DNA from: Pseudobdellovibrionaceae bacterium
GTDB taxonomy: Bacteria; Bdellovibrionota; Bdellovibrionia; Bdellovibrionales; Bdellovibrionaceae
Assembly: GCA_039810425.1 (NCBI GenBank)
Contig: JBDHWW010000061.1
Span: forward strand, 1 to 15,942
Direction: 5' to 3'
DNA: 15,942 nucleotides
Of this stretch, positions 15,030-15,942 are shown in pieces (the first letter of the stretch is position 1; each line of letters starts with the position of its first letter). Both the position numbers and the translations under genes were made by a program. The notes under the pieces are model-generated. The model saw only the letters and a program-made list of their open reading frames with translations. It was not told the origin of the DNA and did not search any database.

Positions 15030-15914
15030 GTGGGCGATATGGCATCACATTTAGCGATTGTTCCTGTCCGATATACGCAGGAAGAACATGAACGAGTTTT
15101 GAAAATTGAAGGCGTGATTGAGGAATTCAACCGCCTGAAGAACATCAGCAATGATAAGGGTTTTTCACACCCTGAAAGGTTCACGGCCAAGCAGGAGTTT
15201 GAACAGAAGTTTCCCAAAGGGAATTATCAGTCTATCGTTGCGGAATTTTTTAGACCTGAAGATAAGTTTGCGGAGGAAGTTCACGCCACTTTGGGGATTA
15301 ACTATTCCTCTTATAGAATTTTAGAGTTTTTAGTTCGGGAGACTCTTTCTCACGACAATGATTTCAACATCATTGAGTCCCGTCTGACTAAGATGGGGCC
15401 AAAATCTTTCTTAGTAGGGAGAACGGACCCTTACTACATTTGGAATGCTATCAGTAAATACATTGATGGTTTTCCAATGGCGGACTCTTACTATTATGGC
15501 CTTCAGGGAATTTACATTGATAAGTGGAACTACGTTAAAAAAGTTGAACTGGATTTCAAAAAGAAGATGGAGAACATTGACCAAGCGGTTCAGGTTCTTC
15601 GGGCCATAGATAGCGATTACGCCGACGAACAAAAAGAAGTCCTCACCAAAAATCTTTATGAAGAGGTTGAGGAAAAAATCAAGGTTGGGAAAAACGCTCT
15701 CCATAACTTCGTGAAAATTGACCCTGAAACCCGAAGCATCATCGTGGACTATGGGAAGTTTGTTTTTTTCAAGAGATACGCTCTGGCTATACGAATGATT
15801 TATGAGCCTGTATTGAAGGCGATGAATGGTAGTGATGAAATCAATATGACGAGGTTTCATCAGTGTCCCGCTTTTTTGTTAATCGGACTTTTGACGCGGA
15901 TATTTAAGGGATGA
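15030..15914 (+). CDS. Hypothetical protein (294 aa), possibly N-terminally interrupted
   Basis: Long ORF with protein-like composition and no recognisable motif. No SD at 15030/15039; the frame is open back to a TAA at 14967. Confidence 0.7.
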   Translation: MGDMASHLAIVPVRYTQEEHERVLKIEGVIEEFNRLKNISNDKGFSHPERFTAKQEFEQKFPKGNYQSIVAEFFRPEDKFAEEVHATLGINYSSYRILEFLVRETLSHDNDFNIIESRLTKMGPKSFLVGRTDPYYIWNAISKYIDGFPMADSYYYGLQGIYIDKWNYVKKVELDFKKKMENIDQAVQVLRAIDSDYADEQKEVLTKNLYEEVEEKIKVGKNALHNFVKIDPETRSIIVDYGKFVFFKRYALAIRMIYEPVLKAMNGSDEINMTRFHQCPAFLLIGLLTRIFKG

Positions 15915-15942
15915 TTTAATCTCGATATTGCGTCAAAAGGAG

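Noticed and set aside
2251..15860. Minus-strand and alternate-frame ORFs in the track (e.g. 2251-2724, 2920-3204, 3280-3582, 4955-5233, 10393-10671, 15411-15860)
   Set aside because: They are shadows of well-supported + strand genes, with no motifs.
1..15942. CRISPR array, prophage genes, IS transposase, second att copy, host taxonomy
   Set aside because: No regular repeat-spacer array, phage structural genes, DDE transposase or second tRNA fragment was seen by eye. No marker gene allows host assignment beyond probable diderm.

Overview
The window holds most of a compact integrative conjugative element (ICE). A co-oriented, translationally coupled + strand operon (1563-12080) encodes three small cytoplasmic proteins and then a minimal type IV secretion system: VirB2-like pilin, VirB3, VirB4, VirB5/TrbJ-like, VirB6, VirB8, VirB9 and VirB10. 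These are followed by a VirD4/TraD coupling protein, a TraV-like lipoprotein and a PD-(D/E)xK (MOBC / replication-relaxation type) relaxase rather than an HUH relaxase. No VirB1 or VirB11 is present in the window. Directly after the relaxase is a ~97-nt branched hairpin (oriT candidate). Next come an RHH-like gene and a palindrome-controlled module of an XRE regulator, a small protein and a large serine recombinase (LSR). The LSR frame runs antisense through the 3' half of a tRNA-Arg(UCU), an att site, so its C-terminus depends on the state of that junction. A second, resolvase-type serine recombinase is divergently transcribed at the left end. The element's left boundary is not visible. All family calls come from motif recognition and gene order, not from database searches.
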